A stretch of 64,000 nt of DNA from Ranitomeya imitator (Eukaryota), in assembly GCF_032444005.1 (NCBI RefSeq), contig NC_091288.1, forward strand, positions 223,200,001 to 223,264,000, read 5' to 3'. This document shows, one piece after another, positions 23,365-36,700 of the stretch (its first letter is position 1; each line of letters opens with the position of its first letter). Made by a program: the position numbers and the translations under genes. Below the pieces are notes generated by a model, which was given only the letters and a program-made list of their open reading frames with translations, ran no database searches and was not told where the DNA came from.

Positions 23365-24360
23365 GTGTCACGGCTGCGACGACTCGGTCGGTGGGTCTGG
23401 GTGCCTATGTTAAAGGGACAGACTTTTAAGGGGTTAGTTGAATAATAAAAGTTTGTGACGCCACCTGTGGTATTCGGTCAGGGGTGACTGACGCTGCTTA
23501 AAGGGGTCCACTGGGGTGATGTTATGGCAGCAGGGATGGTATGGCTTCCCACAGGTGAAGCTGGGTCCTCAGGGCTACAGTGTAGTAGAAGAGATGGTGG
23601 TCGGTGGTGTAGTAAGAAAAGGAGGACACAGGTTGCTGTCTCTTTACGGTGTGATTCAGGCAGCCACAGTCCAGGGTACCGCATGACGGATGCTGGTGTG
23701 GTCCGGCCGGCTTGGAAGCATCTCAGGAATCCCTTTAACCAGGTGGGGTTGGAAGCCTTCCCTCTAGCGGGGTGGAGTAGTCCCTTGCTGCTTTAGGCCT
23801 CACAGAAGGTGCACATGTTCTCTCTGTCTCCCTTTAGGTAGGACACTACCCACATGACAGGTAGCTCGAGCCTTTTTATAGGATCTCTGTGTTACTGTGT
23901 CCTCGGGTGTTAATGGTGGACTGGTAACTTGCCATCAGCTGTCTGCCAGTTTCTGCCATGGGGCGTGAAGTTACCCCCACAACCTCGGTCTTCCGGCTAC
24001 CGGTGTCTGCGCTCAGCATGGAGGAAGCTCAATCGTAACTTCTCCCTGGAGCTCTTCACTCTCCTGCGCTCCACTTCCCCAATCAATCGCTTTACAGACT
24101 GCTCTGCTTTCTCTTTCCTTCCCAGGAGCCGCAGAATCACTTGACTCCACGGCCCCAGCTTTCCTTCCTCACTCTCCTCTCACCAACTGACTAACTCTCA
24201 CCAACTGCCTAGCAATTGACTCCTCCCGACCAGAGAACAGCTTCCCTGAAGTCGGGTGTAGAGCTCCCCCTTCTGGCCTGGAGTCAGAACGGTGTTGTAT
24301 ATGCTGACTCTCCCCGTGAGGAAAAGCAATGCCACTGTAACAACCAGTTACCTGGAAGGT
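23365..24360. mobile_element. Probable LTR-derived repeat
   Basis: Begins TGTCAC, non-coding, with the CT-rich composition of an antisense LTR; ends not resolved. Confidence 0.35.
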
Positions 24361-25555
24361 TACAATTGGACCAAACTTCATCTGGCCATGGATCATTGTG
24401 AGAAAACAAATGTGTCCATCGGTGCAGATGATTTCCTCCTCTTGACTCTGTGAATCGTTAGAGTACACTTCCTATGCCCATAGCTACAATATGTTAAGAG
24501 ATCTTCAGACTCAGCCATCTGTGGTTCCTTACAGTCAGTTGTGCGCTCGGAGAGTTGTGATGTGGGGGGGAGGTTAATTGGGGTCCACCGCTGAGGACTG
24601 TACTGTGGGTGTTGTTAATGTGGAGGAAGAAGAGCAGAGGCCACTTGATGCAGCTCTTGCCATCTACTGGAGCACATGTTTAGTGATGAGCGAGCCGAGT
24701 ATTCCTGCCGTTGATCGGCAGGAGTTCAGGTCACTGCCCAGCATGCATGGATTGTCTGCCATGCACTGTAATGCCGCAGCCATCTTTGTTGTGGTATTAC
24801 AGTGATTGGATGGCCGCACCGCATCATCAGGTCTATAAGAGTTCTGGTGCCGCCCTGCTCGCTGCATTCTGCTCCGGACTTAGCGAGTGTAGGGAGAGCT
24901 ACAGCTGAGATAGGGTCAGATTTAGTGGTGTATAAGTTAGTGTAGGTATACCATATTGAATACACAATACAATAATATATTGAATACAGTCTTGAGGACT
25001 GATTACGGTGTATATAGAGATCAGTGCTATGTAGGCATTGTATTTGGCATACAGCAAGAGGGTCCATTCCATTACTGTCTGCTGCCTAGAACAGATAATT
25101 ACCATATATACTTAGCTCCAGATGTCAATGGCCAATAACTTTTTTTTCCATCTTAATCCTGATTATTTTCTTGAAAAGCAATCCAGAGCCCACATTTTTA
25201 TGCTCCATTTGCTTGTTGGCAATGCAGAATACAGCCAGATCCTTTCCATATTACAGTGTGAAAATCCAGCTGAGTGCGCAGACAATTCTGCCATTTCTGG
25301 GCTACTGTAAAAAATTTTTGTAATCTGGTGGCGGCACTGAGGCAAGGTGAGCTCATACACGTACCTTGCCTGGCCCATGTGCTTAACCTCGTTGTTCAAC
25401 TTTCTCAAAAGCTGCCAGATCTGCTTGTCAAACAAAGTACGCCGTCTGCCCATTTCAGAAAGTCAGTTACAGCTTCCTCCGCCCTTCCTGTGCTTCAGCA
25501 GCGTTTGCAGCTAACGGCTCAATGACTGGTGTGTGATGTCCCCAAGTGTTAGAAC

Positions 25556-25867
25556 TAGTGATGAGCGAAAATACTCGTCACTCAAGATTTCTCGAGCATG
25601 CACGGGTGACCTCTGAGTATTTTTTTAATGCTCGGAGATTTTGTTTTTCTTGCTGCAGCTGAATGATTTACATCTGTTAGCCATCTTTATTACATGTGGG
25701 GATTCCCTAGCAACCAGGCAATCCCCACATGTACTTATGCTGGCTAACAGATTTAAATCATTCAGCTGCGGCAAGAAAAACTAAGTCCCCAAGCACTAAA
25801 AAATACTCAGAGGACCCCCGAGCGTGCTCGAGAAATCTCGAGTAACAAGTATATTCACTCATCACTA
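25556..25867. mobile_element. hAT-type MITE nested in the hAT element
   Basis: TIR tagtgatgag / ctcatcacta; perfect 8-bp TSD gttagaac. Confidence 0.85.
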
Positions 25868-25978
25868 GTTAGAACTCTACGCTGCATAGGTTGGAAAGGA
25901 TTTGTGAGCAGAAGTGGGCCGTTGTTGACTACCAACATCAACAAGGCCGTCGGTATTCAGTTTAGACTCCACACATAA

Positions 25979-26285
25979 GGGTATGTGTCCACGTTCAGGA
26001 TTGCCTCAGGATTTGGTCAGGATTTTATGCAGGTAAAATCCAGAACAAATCTGCACCTGAGGTTACTGGCAGGTCACCTGCGTTGTCCTTGCGTTGTTTC
26101 TGCAATATAAGGACATGCTGCGTTCTTAAAAGATGCGCCGCATGTCCGTTTCTGTGGGTATGCCGCATGCGTCTTTTAATGCATAGTGGAGATGGGATTT
26201 CATTAAATCCCCTCCACTATGCTGTAACATCTGGACGCTGCGTGTTTGAAAACACGCAGCATTTCCTGAACGTGGAAACATACCC
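25979..26285. mobile_element. PIF/Harbinger-type MITE nested in the hAT element
   Basis: TIR gggtatgtgtccacgttcagg / cctgaacgtggaaacataccc, flanked by TAA/TTA. Confidence 0.75.
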
Positions 26286-29209
26286 TTAGATCTCAGGAGT
26301 TGATATGGATGTCAGATATATTTACCAACCTCAAAAATTTGAGGACTCCACCAAGATGGAACATTTGTGTGTTCTGAAATGCTCTCTGCTCACAATCAAA
26401 GAGGATGCATTGCAGGCGGAGCACGAGGACAAGGAGCAAAGAACCATACAGGGGGATTACACTCAGCCCAGCCTCATGTCTTCCCAACGTGGATTGGTAG
26501 ACAATGAGGAGGAGGAAGAACAGGAGCTACTTTCATGCGCTATAGACGGTACTACAAGCACAGCTGTCATACCGTCTGTCCAGCGGGGATGGCCTGAGGA
26601 CAGGGAGGAGGAGGACAGCATGGTCAGTCGTCCTGTTGGTGAGGACACTGAAATCTTGCCTGTTAGCAGTCTGACACATATGGCTGACTTTATGTTGAGC
26701 TGCATTTCACGTCACCCTCGAATTCTCAAAATTTTTGGTGACATTACTGTTTGGTGACACTTCTAGACCCAAGCTGCAAGGAGAACTTTCTATCTTATTT
26801 CAGAGGCAGAGAGGTGTACTAAAATGGGGCAGTACCAGAGGGCCCTTGTTGCGGAATAATTAAAAAAAATTCCCATCTGAAATCGCTGGCGGCAGAGGTC
26901 ACAGTGCGTTGGAAAATCAAGGAGTACAGGCGAGAGGGACACAACTCGAATCCAGTAGGGGAGCAATGGCAAAGTTCTGGGACAGTTTTCTCAGACCCTC
27001 CCATCGTCCCTGGACATAGGCAAGGGGTGCTGTCACAAAAAGTGCAATGTTTGGAAAGATGGTAAGGGAGTACCTTGCAGATCGTACCTCTGTGCCTTTT
27101 AATTATTGGGTATCCAAGCTGGACACGTGGCATGAACTCTACTCCTTGGAGGTCCTGGCCTGTCCTGCTGCTAGCGTTCTGTCAGAGCGTGTTTTAGTGC
27201 CGCTGGTGGAATTATAACATATAATTAAATATAAAGCGCATCCGCCTGTCAACTGAAAATGCTGACAGGCTGACTCTTAAACAAGGCCTGTATTGGGAAA
27301 GACTTCTGTACGCCACCAAGTGAAAACAGCGAAACATAACCTCAAATACATTTTTTGGGGGAGATGTGTTCCCATGCACCTCTTCACACCCACACATGGG
27401 TATACACTTCCTGAATTGGCCTATTTGCTGTTGTCCTACTTCTCTTCAGCCTCATCATCCACCACCATTAGATCACCAGGGTGACCGTGGAACGTGATGC
27501 AACACCAACATTGTTTTAAAGAGTGTTTATGATGCCCGTAAACAATTTTTAGACTGTATATTGATGTATACCCCCGAGTGTGAAATGTTTGTCAGCCCAT
27601 ACACTTACTGCATGGGCATTACAAATATGGGAGACCTGCTCCTTTGTAATGGGAACAGATTTTTTATGAGGACCTCCTCCACGTCTATTCCAAGGGGTAT
27701 TGGGGTGCTTCTAAATTTGGGGCAGGCCTTGCATTCATTGCATAGGCAAACAGTATGGGAGAACCACTTCCTAATAATGGGAACTGTAAGGGGTTGGTCA
27801 ACTTTGACATTGCAATTCTCCACTGCCGGGTCTTTAGCCTGAACACTGACGTTCTCCAATGCAGGTTCTTCAGGCTCAACCCTGCAATTCTCCACTACCC
27901 GGTCTTTAGCCTGGACACTGACAGGTTCTTCAGGCTCAACACTGCAATTCACTACTTAGGCAAATGGTATGGGAGGACCAACTTCCTAATAATGGGAACA
28001 ATGCTTTCAGGTGGACATCCTGTACCTCTGTTCAAAGGATTATTAAGGGTGCGTGTAACTTTGGGGCAGGGCAGCCGTTACATGCAATGCATAGAGAATG
28101 AATCACCCTAACAAAAAACAGTCATAAGTCTAAGTACATACGGATTACAAAAAACTTTATTAGTGTCAACAGGCATAAAAGACCAAATGGGAAATCCCCC
28201 GTGCCACCCTCAGCACGTACAATAGGACAGTCGCAGGTTCATGTGGCAAAATCTAGCAGTACCAGTACTGTCAATCATAGCCATAAATATACATAGATAC
28301 ACAGATCAAAAAAGATATGTTGCACACAGTATTGGCATGTGGTGTCACAATTATATACCGATGTATAAAGTATACATACCGATGGTAAAAGCACGCAGAC
28401 ACCAGCTCCCGTCCACCCCAACGTGCGTTTTTTTGGGCAGCCCTGCCACTCACGGCATACGCAGTAACCGTACAGGAGACCCACTGTTTAATAATGGGAA
28501 CAACAATGCATAGCCGGCTGATGGCTCTCTAAGAATAGACTTTGTGATCTTTAGCATCCCTCCTTCATAAATGAAACGATGTCTGCTTAAGTGTCACACC
28601 CCACATGGCCAGCTAGGGGTGTTACATGTTACAATGACATTTCCCACTGAATGCATTTGTAGTGGTTGAAAGCAATGTTAAAGTTGAAAAATGCATCAAA
28701 AATGTTGCGTGTTAACATAGCCCAAGTGGGGGAGGATATTTTTGGTTATTTTGCCTTATATAAAAATCATTACCCTTGAAAGGATGTTCCTTGACATTTC
28801 CCAGAGAGATCCGTTTTGGTTTCGTTTTTGTATGTTTTATTGTGAGTCTGTGAAAGAGGCGTAAGACACTGACAACATTTGTCACAGCAGTGACCTTGGA
28901 GTCAGAAATGCTTTCAGGGGTCTTCCCCATGATGTTCCCATGTCATTTGAGCACTGTTCGCATTGATTTTTGCAGTTTATAGACCCTCTAAAGACCCTCC
29001 GGTGGGGGGCCTTCGCAAAAATACTCGGGTCTCCCATAGACTTACATTGGGATTGTTGCTCGGGTCAAGTACCTGAGTATACCAATCTGCTAGACCTGAG
29101 CAACGTGCACCCGAGCATTTTAGTGCTCGCCCATCACTGCACATATTCTTTCTGGCCCTCATCTACAAAGCGTACCATTGTACAGCTGCCAAAGGAGCGG
29201 AGTTGCCCG

Positions 29210-29965
29210 TCCAGTAACAGAAGTTGTAAAAATGCTGCGCAAATTCTGACTGCAGCAAAACAAACCGACTTCTCATCCCACATATCATACCCGTCTGACA
29301 ACCCTAAACAGCTATTCAGTACTTTCAGTTATTTTCTGCGTCCACCAGTTCCCCGTCCCTCTCTCAGCTAAGTACTTTACCTCACCACCTGTGAACTTGA
29401 CACAATGTCCCACCTCATTCCAAACTTAACCACAATCTTCATCACCAGCCTAATCCACCTCTTCAACCTGTCACAACTGGTGTTTTCCATCATGATTGAA
29501 ACATACCTCGATCACACCCATCCTCAAAAACCAGACCCTTGACCCATCCTGTGTATCTAGCTATCGCCCCATATCATTTCTCCCCTATGCCACCAAACTA
29601 CTGGAACAACACGTCCATCTTGAACTCTCCTCCCACCTCTCCTCTTGCTCCCTCTTTGACCGTGTACAATCTGACTTCAGACCGCACCATTCCACTGAAA
29701 CTGCCCTGACTAAAGCCACCAATGACCTACTAACCGCCAAATGAAAGCGACGCGAGTTTGTCGTTCTCCTGGACCTGTCCTCTGTCTTTGACACAGACGA
29801 CCATTCCCTCTTATTACAGACCCTCTCATCCCTTGGCATCACAGACTTGGCCGTTTGTTGGATCTCCTCGTACCTAACCGACTGGACATTCAGTGTCTCC
29901 CACTCACACACCACCTCCGCATCTCGCCCACTGTGTCAGTGTTCCCCAAGGTTCAGTTGTAGGCC
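29210..29965 (+). mobile_element. L2/CR1-type LINE reverse-transcriptase fragment
   Basis: KHTSITPILK...LDPSCVSSYRPISFLP...KLLE...QSDFRPHHSTETAL..., LLDLSSVFDT and VPQGSVVGP, with frameshifts. Confidence 0.9.
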
Positions 29966-29974
29966 CAGGCACTC

Positions 29975-30570
29975 TGCTTAGGGCGTGTGCTCCCTCCCTC
30001 TTAAAGGGTCCGTCTGCATCAACCAAAGGTGTCTCCCAGCCAATAGCTGGACAACACCTTCAATTTAAGGCTCCTCCTCCAATATGGAGGTTTCTGAGCA
30101 ATGTTGTGAGCTTCCCTTGCATCCTCGCTAGGTGTCAGGTTCCCCAGGTCCGTCTGTGTGCTTGTCTACCCTGCACCCATCTGCTTTTCTGTTCATCAGC
30201 CAGTCCGCACCTGCCATGCCCATCTGTATAACACCTGATCCAGCCCGCACCTGCCAGTGCGCATCTGTGTAACACCCGGGCCAACCGGAACCTGCCAGTG
30301 CTTTTCTGTTCCTCAGCTGGTCCCATCTGCACCCGTGGTTCCAGTGTCCCTACAGTGCCTGCCTGAATTCTTCATCCCTTCATCGGGCAGTACCAGCATA
30401 CCCACTTTAGGGGGTCAGCTGCCACCCTCTGTAGTTCAGACCTGGAGTAGCACCTGGTGCCACCTCCTTGGGTCACCGTTTTCGCCTGCTGCCACTTATC
30501 TGAGGTCAGATTTAGTAGGCCACCCAGTTACGCCCCTTTCAAGTGGTTTCACCACCTTGCCTGTTACAGT
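29975..30570. mobile_element. Probable solo LTR interrupting the LINE fragment
   Basis: LINE homology ends abruptly; non-coding ~600 bp ending TGTTACA; TSD not verified. Confidence 0.35.
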
Positions 30571-30759
30571 TTCCATCTGCCGAGTTGGCTCTAATGCTGG
30601 CAAGCAGAGGGAGGCTGCGAGGTGTTTGTCAGGGCGGGCCCTTCCTATCTACTACATTACATGCACGGTGAGCCTCGGCTGGATTTTCAGGTTTAGTTTA
30701 CTACAGACTGAAGCTCTGAGAATTGAAATAGAAAGATGAGAGGAGACTGATAATCGTCC

Positions 30760-33700
30760 ATGGCCACCTGCAGGAGACGAGCCCCGGCCCTCGTCATGTA
30801 TCTGCTGCTCCAAAATGGTGAGTCTGGGCCATACTAACAGTGCCCCCGGGTCTACACCTGCTGGGTCCATCTGTGCTATATCATAGGAGATGCCACAGAG
30901 TCCCATTTAAAAGGAAGAGTCCGGGGAACCATCAAAGCAAAGGAGGCATCTACTCATAGGAGACAGTGGATGGAACACCGAAGGCTAAACTGTGGGCTCA
31001 AATATCCAGGAGGGGTAGACTCGGGGTGAGATGTGAAGGAGAAATGCAGTAAAAAATGTGGAAAACAGAGAAAAGCAGCTCGTGGGATGAATGTGATGGG
31101 CTAGTAGAGCCAAGGATAAAGGAGAAGACCTGGGGCTGAAATGTGCCGCAGTGGTGGTCCTCTGGCTGAAATTGCATACTTGATCTTTAAAATCAGTAGG
31201 AGGTGCAAAAAAAAGTGCTGAAATGTGCAGGAGGGGTAGAAACAGAATCGCAAGGGGTAGATCTGGATCTGAAATGTGCAGGAGGAATAGACCCAGAATC
31301 GCAGGGGTAGATTCAGAGCTGACATGTGCAGGAAGGGTAGACCCAGAATCACAGGGGTAGATCCTGAGCTGAAATGTGCAGGAAGGGTAGACCCAGAATC
31401 ACAGGGGTAGATCCTGAGCTGAAATGTGCAGGAGGAGTAGACCCAGAATCACAGGGGTAGATCCTGAGCTGAAATGTGCAGGAGGAGTAGACCCAGAATC
31501 ACAGAGGTAGATCCTGAGCTGAAATGTGCAGGAGGAGTAGACCCAGAATCACAAGGGTAGATCCTGAGCTGAAATGTGCAGGAGGAGTAGACCCAGAATC
31601 ACAGGGGTAGATCCTGAGCTGAAATGTGCAGGAGGAGTAGACCCAGAATCACAGGAGTAGATCCTGAGCTGAAATGTGCAGGAAGGGTAGACCCAGAATT
31701 GCAGGGGTAGATCCTGAGCTGAAATGTGCAGGAGGAATAGACCCAGAATCACAGGGGTAGATCCTGAGCTGAAATGTGCAGGAGGAGTAGACCCAGAATC
31801 ACAGGGGTAGATCCTGAGCTGAAATGTGCAGGAGGAGTAGACCCAGAATCACAGGAGTAGATCTGGAGCTGAAATGTGCAGGAGGAGTAGACCCAGAATT
31901 GCGGGAGTAGATCCTGAGCTGAAATGTGCAGGAAGGGTAGACCCAGAATCACAGGGGTAGATCCTGAGCTGAAATGTGCAGGAGGAGTAGACCCAGAATT
32001 GCGGGAGTAGATCCTGAGCTGAAATGTGCAGGAAGGGTAGACCCAGAATCACAGGGGTAGATCCTGAGCTGAAATGTGCAGGAGGAGTAGACCCAGAATC
32101 ACGGGAGTAGATCCTGAGCTGAAATGTGCAGGAGGAGTAGACCCAGAATTGCGGGAGTAGATCCTGAGCTGAAATGTGCAGGAGGAGTAGACCCAGAATC
32201 ACAGGGGTAGATCCTGAGCTGAAATGTGCAGGAGGAGTAGACCCAGAATCACAGGAGTAGATCCTGAGCTGAAATGTGCAGGAGGAGTAGACCCAGAATT
32301 GCGGGAGTAGATCCTGAGCTGAAATGTGCAGGAAGGGTAGACCCAGAATCACAGGGGTAGATCCTGAGCTGAAATGTGCAGGAGGGTAGACCCAGAATCA
32401 CAGGGGTAGATTCTGAGCTGAAATGTGCAGGAGGGTTAGGCCTCGAATTGCAGGGGTAGATTCAGAGCTGACATGTGCAGGAAGGGAAGACCCAGAGTCG
32501 CAGGGGTAGATCCTGTGCTGACATGTGCAGGAGGGGAGTTAGACGCAGAATCATAGGGATAGATCCGGAGTGGATATGTGCAGGAGAGTGGACCCAGAAT
32601 CACAGCGGTAGACCCTGAGCTGGTATGTGCAGGAGGGTGTAAGAGGGTCACTGGCAATGTGCTGTAGGGCAGATATGTTTCCATGAGGTTATTAGCTTCA
32701 GAGATATAAATCTGGAAGTTTGCTCCTGCATCTTATGTGCTGAGAGGGGTTAATCGGTCATGACAGGCCCAGGTCTATTATGAACAGCTGAAGAGGTGGG
32801 CAGGACAGGTGTTCACTGTATCTCCACCCAAGGGAGGGATCCAAGAGGTAAAAGTGAGGCCTTTGGACTCAATGATTGTTGTGTGTACCATGGAGGGGAG
32901 CGGACCTCCAGAGCTGGGCACTTGGTAAACAGAGCTGAATCCTGTGCGGGTGATGCGGTGCCTGAGAACACCACCGGGCAGGACTCAAATACGGTACAGC
33001 AGACGAGGCAGAAACAAAACACTGGCTTTATTGAAAGGCAAGGGATTATATGCAGGGAAATAAGGGTTTGTTTCCATGTGGCGTATTCGCTGCAGATTGG
33101 ACGCTGTGTACAGCTGCAGCGGCCAGATGTTACAGCATATACGCACATGTGGTGCATCTTTCCAGACCGCAACATGTCTATTTATCTTGCGGAGATGCTC
33201 AGACTCCACAAGATAAACATCACCGTCCAATGTATAGGATGCGGTGATTCCGCACGGTTCAATAAACACATCCGGAATCACCGCGCGTACAAAAGGTGGC
33301 AGCGCTTTGGACGAAGCTGCGACCAAAGCGCTGCCAATCCGGACCATGGAAACATACCCGAAGAATATCAGTTATTGAAATGATAATAGCCATAATAGAT
33401 ACAAAAGAGATAGCAGGAGTGAGTCACACAAGCTGCTCTCCAGCTAGGACAATGCAAAGCTCTATACAAACAATTTCTACAAACTACTCTCTTGTAACTT
33501 CCTACCTGGTTTCCGATAATCAGAATCAGACCATGCTGCGACAGCGTCCTAGCTACAGAACACTGCTCTACACCCTAACAGGTGAAGACGGGTGTCTCAC
33601 AGTTGTGTAGAGTTTAGAAGAAAGTCTGGTAGATTCTGCTCAGTCCACTTCAGGTTAACAGATACGTCTTCTTCTCGGCCCACTTTCACTTCTGAGGGAA

Positions 33701-36700
33701 CAGTGGTACCACAGCATTACCTTCTCTCCAGGTTACAGGTGCTTGGGGAGAACTTCTCGACTGTGCTATGCGACTTTTTCCTTCACTGTCCTTCTAGCCG
33801 ATCCTGCAGTAACCGGTCACTATCTTCTCCCCAATTGTTTGACACCCTCATTACTAAGTTGATAAGAAAACACAAACGAACATACATGGGCTGTAACCAG
33901 ACAGTAACGTAATTGTAAAGAAAAAAAAATTGCGTGGGCTCCCACATAATTTTAAATAACCAGCAGAGGTAAAGCCGACGGCTGAGGGCTGATGTTAATA
34001 TTTTGGGAAGGAGCCAATTGCCATAAAGGTTCCCAGGCTATCAGCTCACTGCTATTTGCTTAGACTTTACTAGCTAGTTTACAGGGGGACCCCAGAAAAA
34101 AATTGACATAGGGTCCCCTGATAAAATCTAACCAGCAAGGACTAGGCAGACAACTGCGAGCTGATATTAATAGCATAGGAAGCGACCATGGATAATGCCC
34201 ACTCACAGACTAAAAACATCAGTACCATTGCCCATTCCAGAGGTCCCGTTTGACTGCATTGCCATGGATCTAGTCGCACCCTTGGTAAAGTAAGCCAAAG
34301 GGCATCAATATATCCTGGTGATCCTGGACTATGCAACACAGTACCTGGAGGCAGTACCCCTAAGATACTCAGCCAGAAGTATAGCGCTAGAACTAGTCCA
34401 TATCTTTTCCCAGACCGGCCTGTAAAGGAGATGCTGATGGACGAAGGCACTCCGTTCGCATCCACAGTGATGAGAAAGTTGAGTAAGTCCCTCCGGATTA
34501 CGCAACTCAGGACATCGGGTATACAATTCTCAAATGGATGGTCTGATGGAGAAGTTTAATTAGACCCTGAAGACCATTCTTTAGTACAGTGTTCCCCAAG
34601 TCTGGTCCCCAAGAGCCACCAACAGGTCATGTTTTCAGGATTTCCTTAGTATTGCACGGGTAATAGTTGCATCACCTTGACAGGCAAGCATTCAATGACC
34701 TGTGCAATACTAAGGAAATACTCAAAACATGACCTGTTGGTGGCTCTTGAGGACCGGACTTGGGGAACACTGCTTTAGAAGGTCGTAGAAAAGGATGGTC
34801 GAGACTGGTATGGTCTACTCCGGTATCTGCTGTTTTCCATCAGGAAAGTTCCTCAGGCCTCTACGGGGTTCTCACTATTTGAACTGTTGCATGGCCAGCA
34901 CCCTCGGAGTCTCCTGGATGTTGCAAGGAAACCTGGGAAGCAGAGGTTACAACCCACCGGATCATCATAGAGCTTGCAGGGAAGGATTGTGGAGGTGATT
35001 CCTATTGTGAGAAAGAACCTCCTTCAGACAAGAGGAACAGGCGAGAGTCTACAATCAATACTATTGGTGGTTTATCTTGAGTTTCGACAGGATAGCTGCA
35101 CCCCTGACTCATATTGCACGACTCGTTAAAAGGTTGATTGTGACTTGTAGGATCGCTACTTCCAACAGGTGGCGCTATAGAGTTTAAATCCTCTTTCTCA
35201 GAAGAGGCAATTTGCAAATGACTACTTCATTAAGCAGCCGAGTGAGCCGATCTAGCACAAGGGGTAGAACCGGAATCTCAGGGATAGACCTGGATCTGAA
35301 GTGTGCAGGAGGGGTAGACGTGGATCTGAAATGTGCAGGAGGGGTAGACCCAGAATCGCAGTGGTAGACCTGGATCTGAAGTGTGCAGGAGGGGTAGACG
35401 TGGATCTGAAATGTGCAGGAGGGGTAGACCCAGAATCGCAGGGGTAGACCTGGATCTGAAATGTGCCGGATGGGTGGACCCAGAATCGCAGAGGTAGACC
35501 TGGATCTGAAATGTGCAGGAGGGTAGACCCAGAATCGCAGAGGTAGACCTGGATCTGATATGAGCAGGAGGGGTAGACCCAGAATCGCAGAGGTAGACCT
35601 GGATCTGATATGTGCAGGATGGGTAGAGCTGGAGCTAATACAGTATGTGCTGCAGGGATAGACTCAGACCTGATGTGTGTGAGTGGTGGAACTGGAGATT
35701 ATATGTGTAGAAGAGGCAGACCCTGAGCCGATATGTGGAGGTGTAGACCCAGAATCGCAGGGGTAGACCTGGAGCTAATACAGTATATGCTGGAGGGGAA
35801 GACTTAGAATTGCAGTGGTAGACCTGGAGTTAACATTATACGGGGCAACCATTCTTTTCTAAGGCATGAAGACAACTCGGCCTCAGAGATTTTCTCCCGA
35901 GATCTCTGATTGAAGGTCAGTGAAGGTGCAGACATGTGGCCGCCTCCGCTCTGTATGATTATGGGCACACCAGCAGAGGCCGCGTTTCTCGCTCATGGTG
36001 TCTTTATTTTCCAGTTTTCGGCCAGTTTGCGGTGGATGATGAACATACGGTGGAAGGAGTGGTCGGTCACAGCGCCGTATTACCGTGCTCTGTCACCATC
36101 CCCACCAACCACAAGGAAGACCATCTTCATATCCTTTGGTTCAAAAACTTCACTGAAAAACTCTGGGACTGTGCGGTGCAGAGCAAGAGGGGTCCGGACT
36201 GCCGGACGACCCCACAGTCCCCGCGGACTCACATCTCATGGAAATTCTTTGGTAGTGCGGATTTAGAGATCTCTGCTCTGCAGGAATCGGACTCCGGACA
36301 GTATCAGTGCTGGATCATCCTGGAGGACACCTACCGCAGAAGAGACGTTGTCCTCCGGGTCCACGGTAACCCCCAGGGCTTGGTCATTTCTAGATAAGAT
36401 AGTACAACCACTCTGGCTACATTACCGGCCCCCGGAGCGGTGTCACTCAGACTCAGGACTGGGAAATAGTCCTGAAATTATTGAATCTTGGCAGAACTCA
36501 GCTGTGTGAGGAGGACAAGGCCAGGACCAGATGGTGGAAGGAAACTACTCCAGTGTCGATGAATCGGACACAGTACCTATAGAGTAGTGCCATACTGTAC
36601 ATATATAATAGTGCCATACAATGCCTATACAGTACTGCCATACAGTATATATAATAGTTAATCCACATAGAGCTATAGAATGGGACGGCACTAGAACGAT

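Larger units (their letters stand above)
24681..29139 (+). mobile_element. Decayed hAT DNA transposon with both termini (~4.46 kb)
   Basis: TIRs tagtgatgagcgagc / gctcgcccatcactg; 8-bp TSD cacatgtt / cacatatt. Transposase remnants HVPCLAHVLNLVVQ, LLDPSCK and dimerisation-domain YWVSKLDTW...LACPAASVLSERVFSAAGG. Confidence 0.9.

Noticed and set aside
35865-35916. Nearby candidate signal-peptide exon for the Ig gene
   Set aside because: Contains an in-frame TGA and no hydrophobic core; 30760-30817 gives a proper signal peptide in the right phase.
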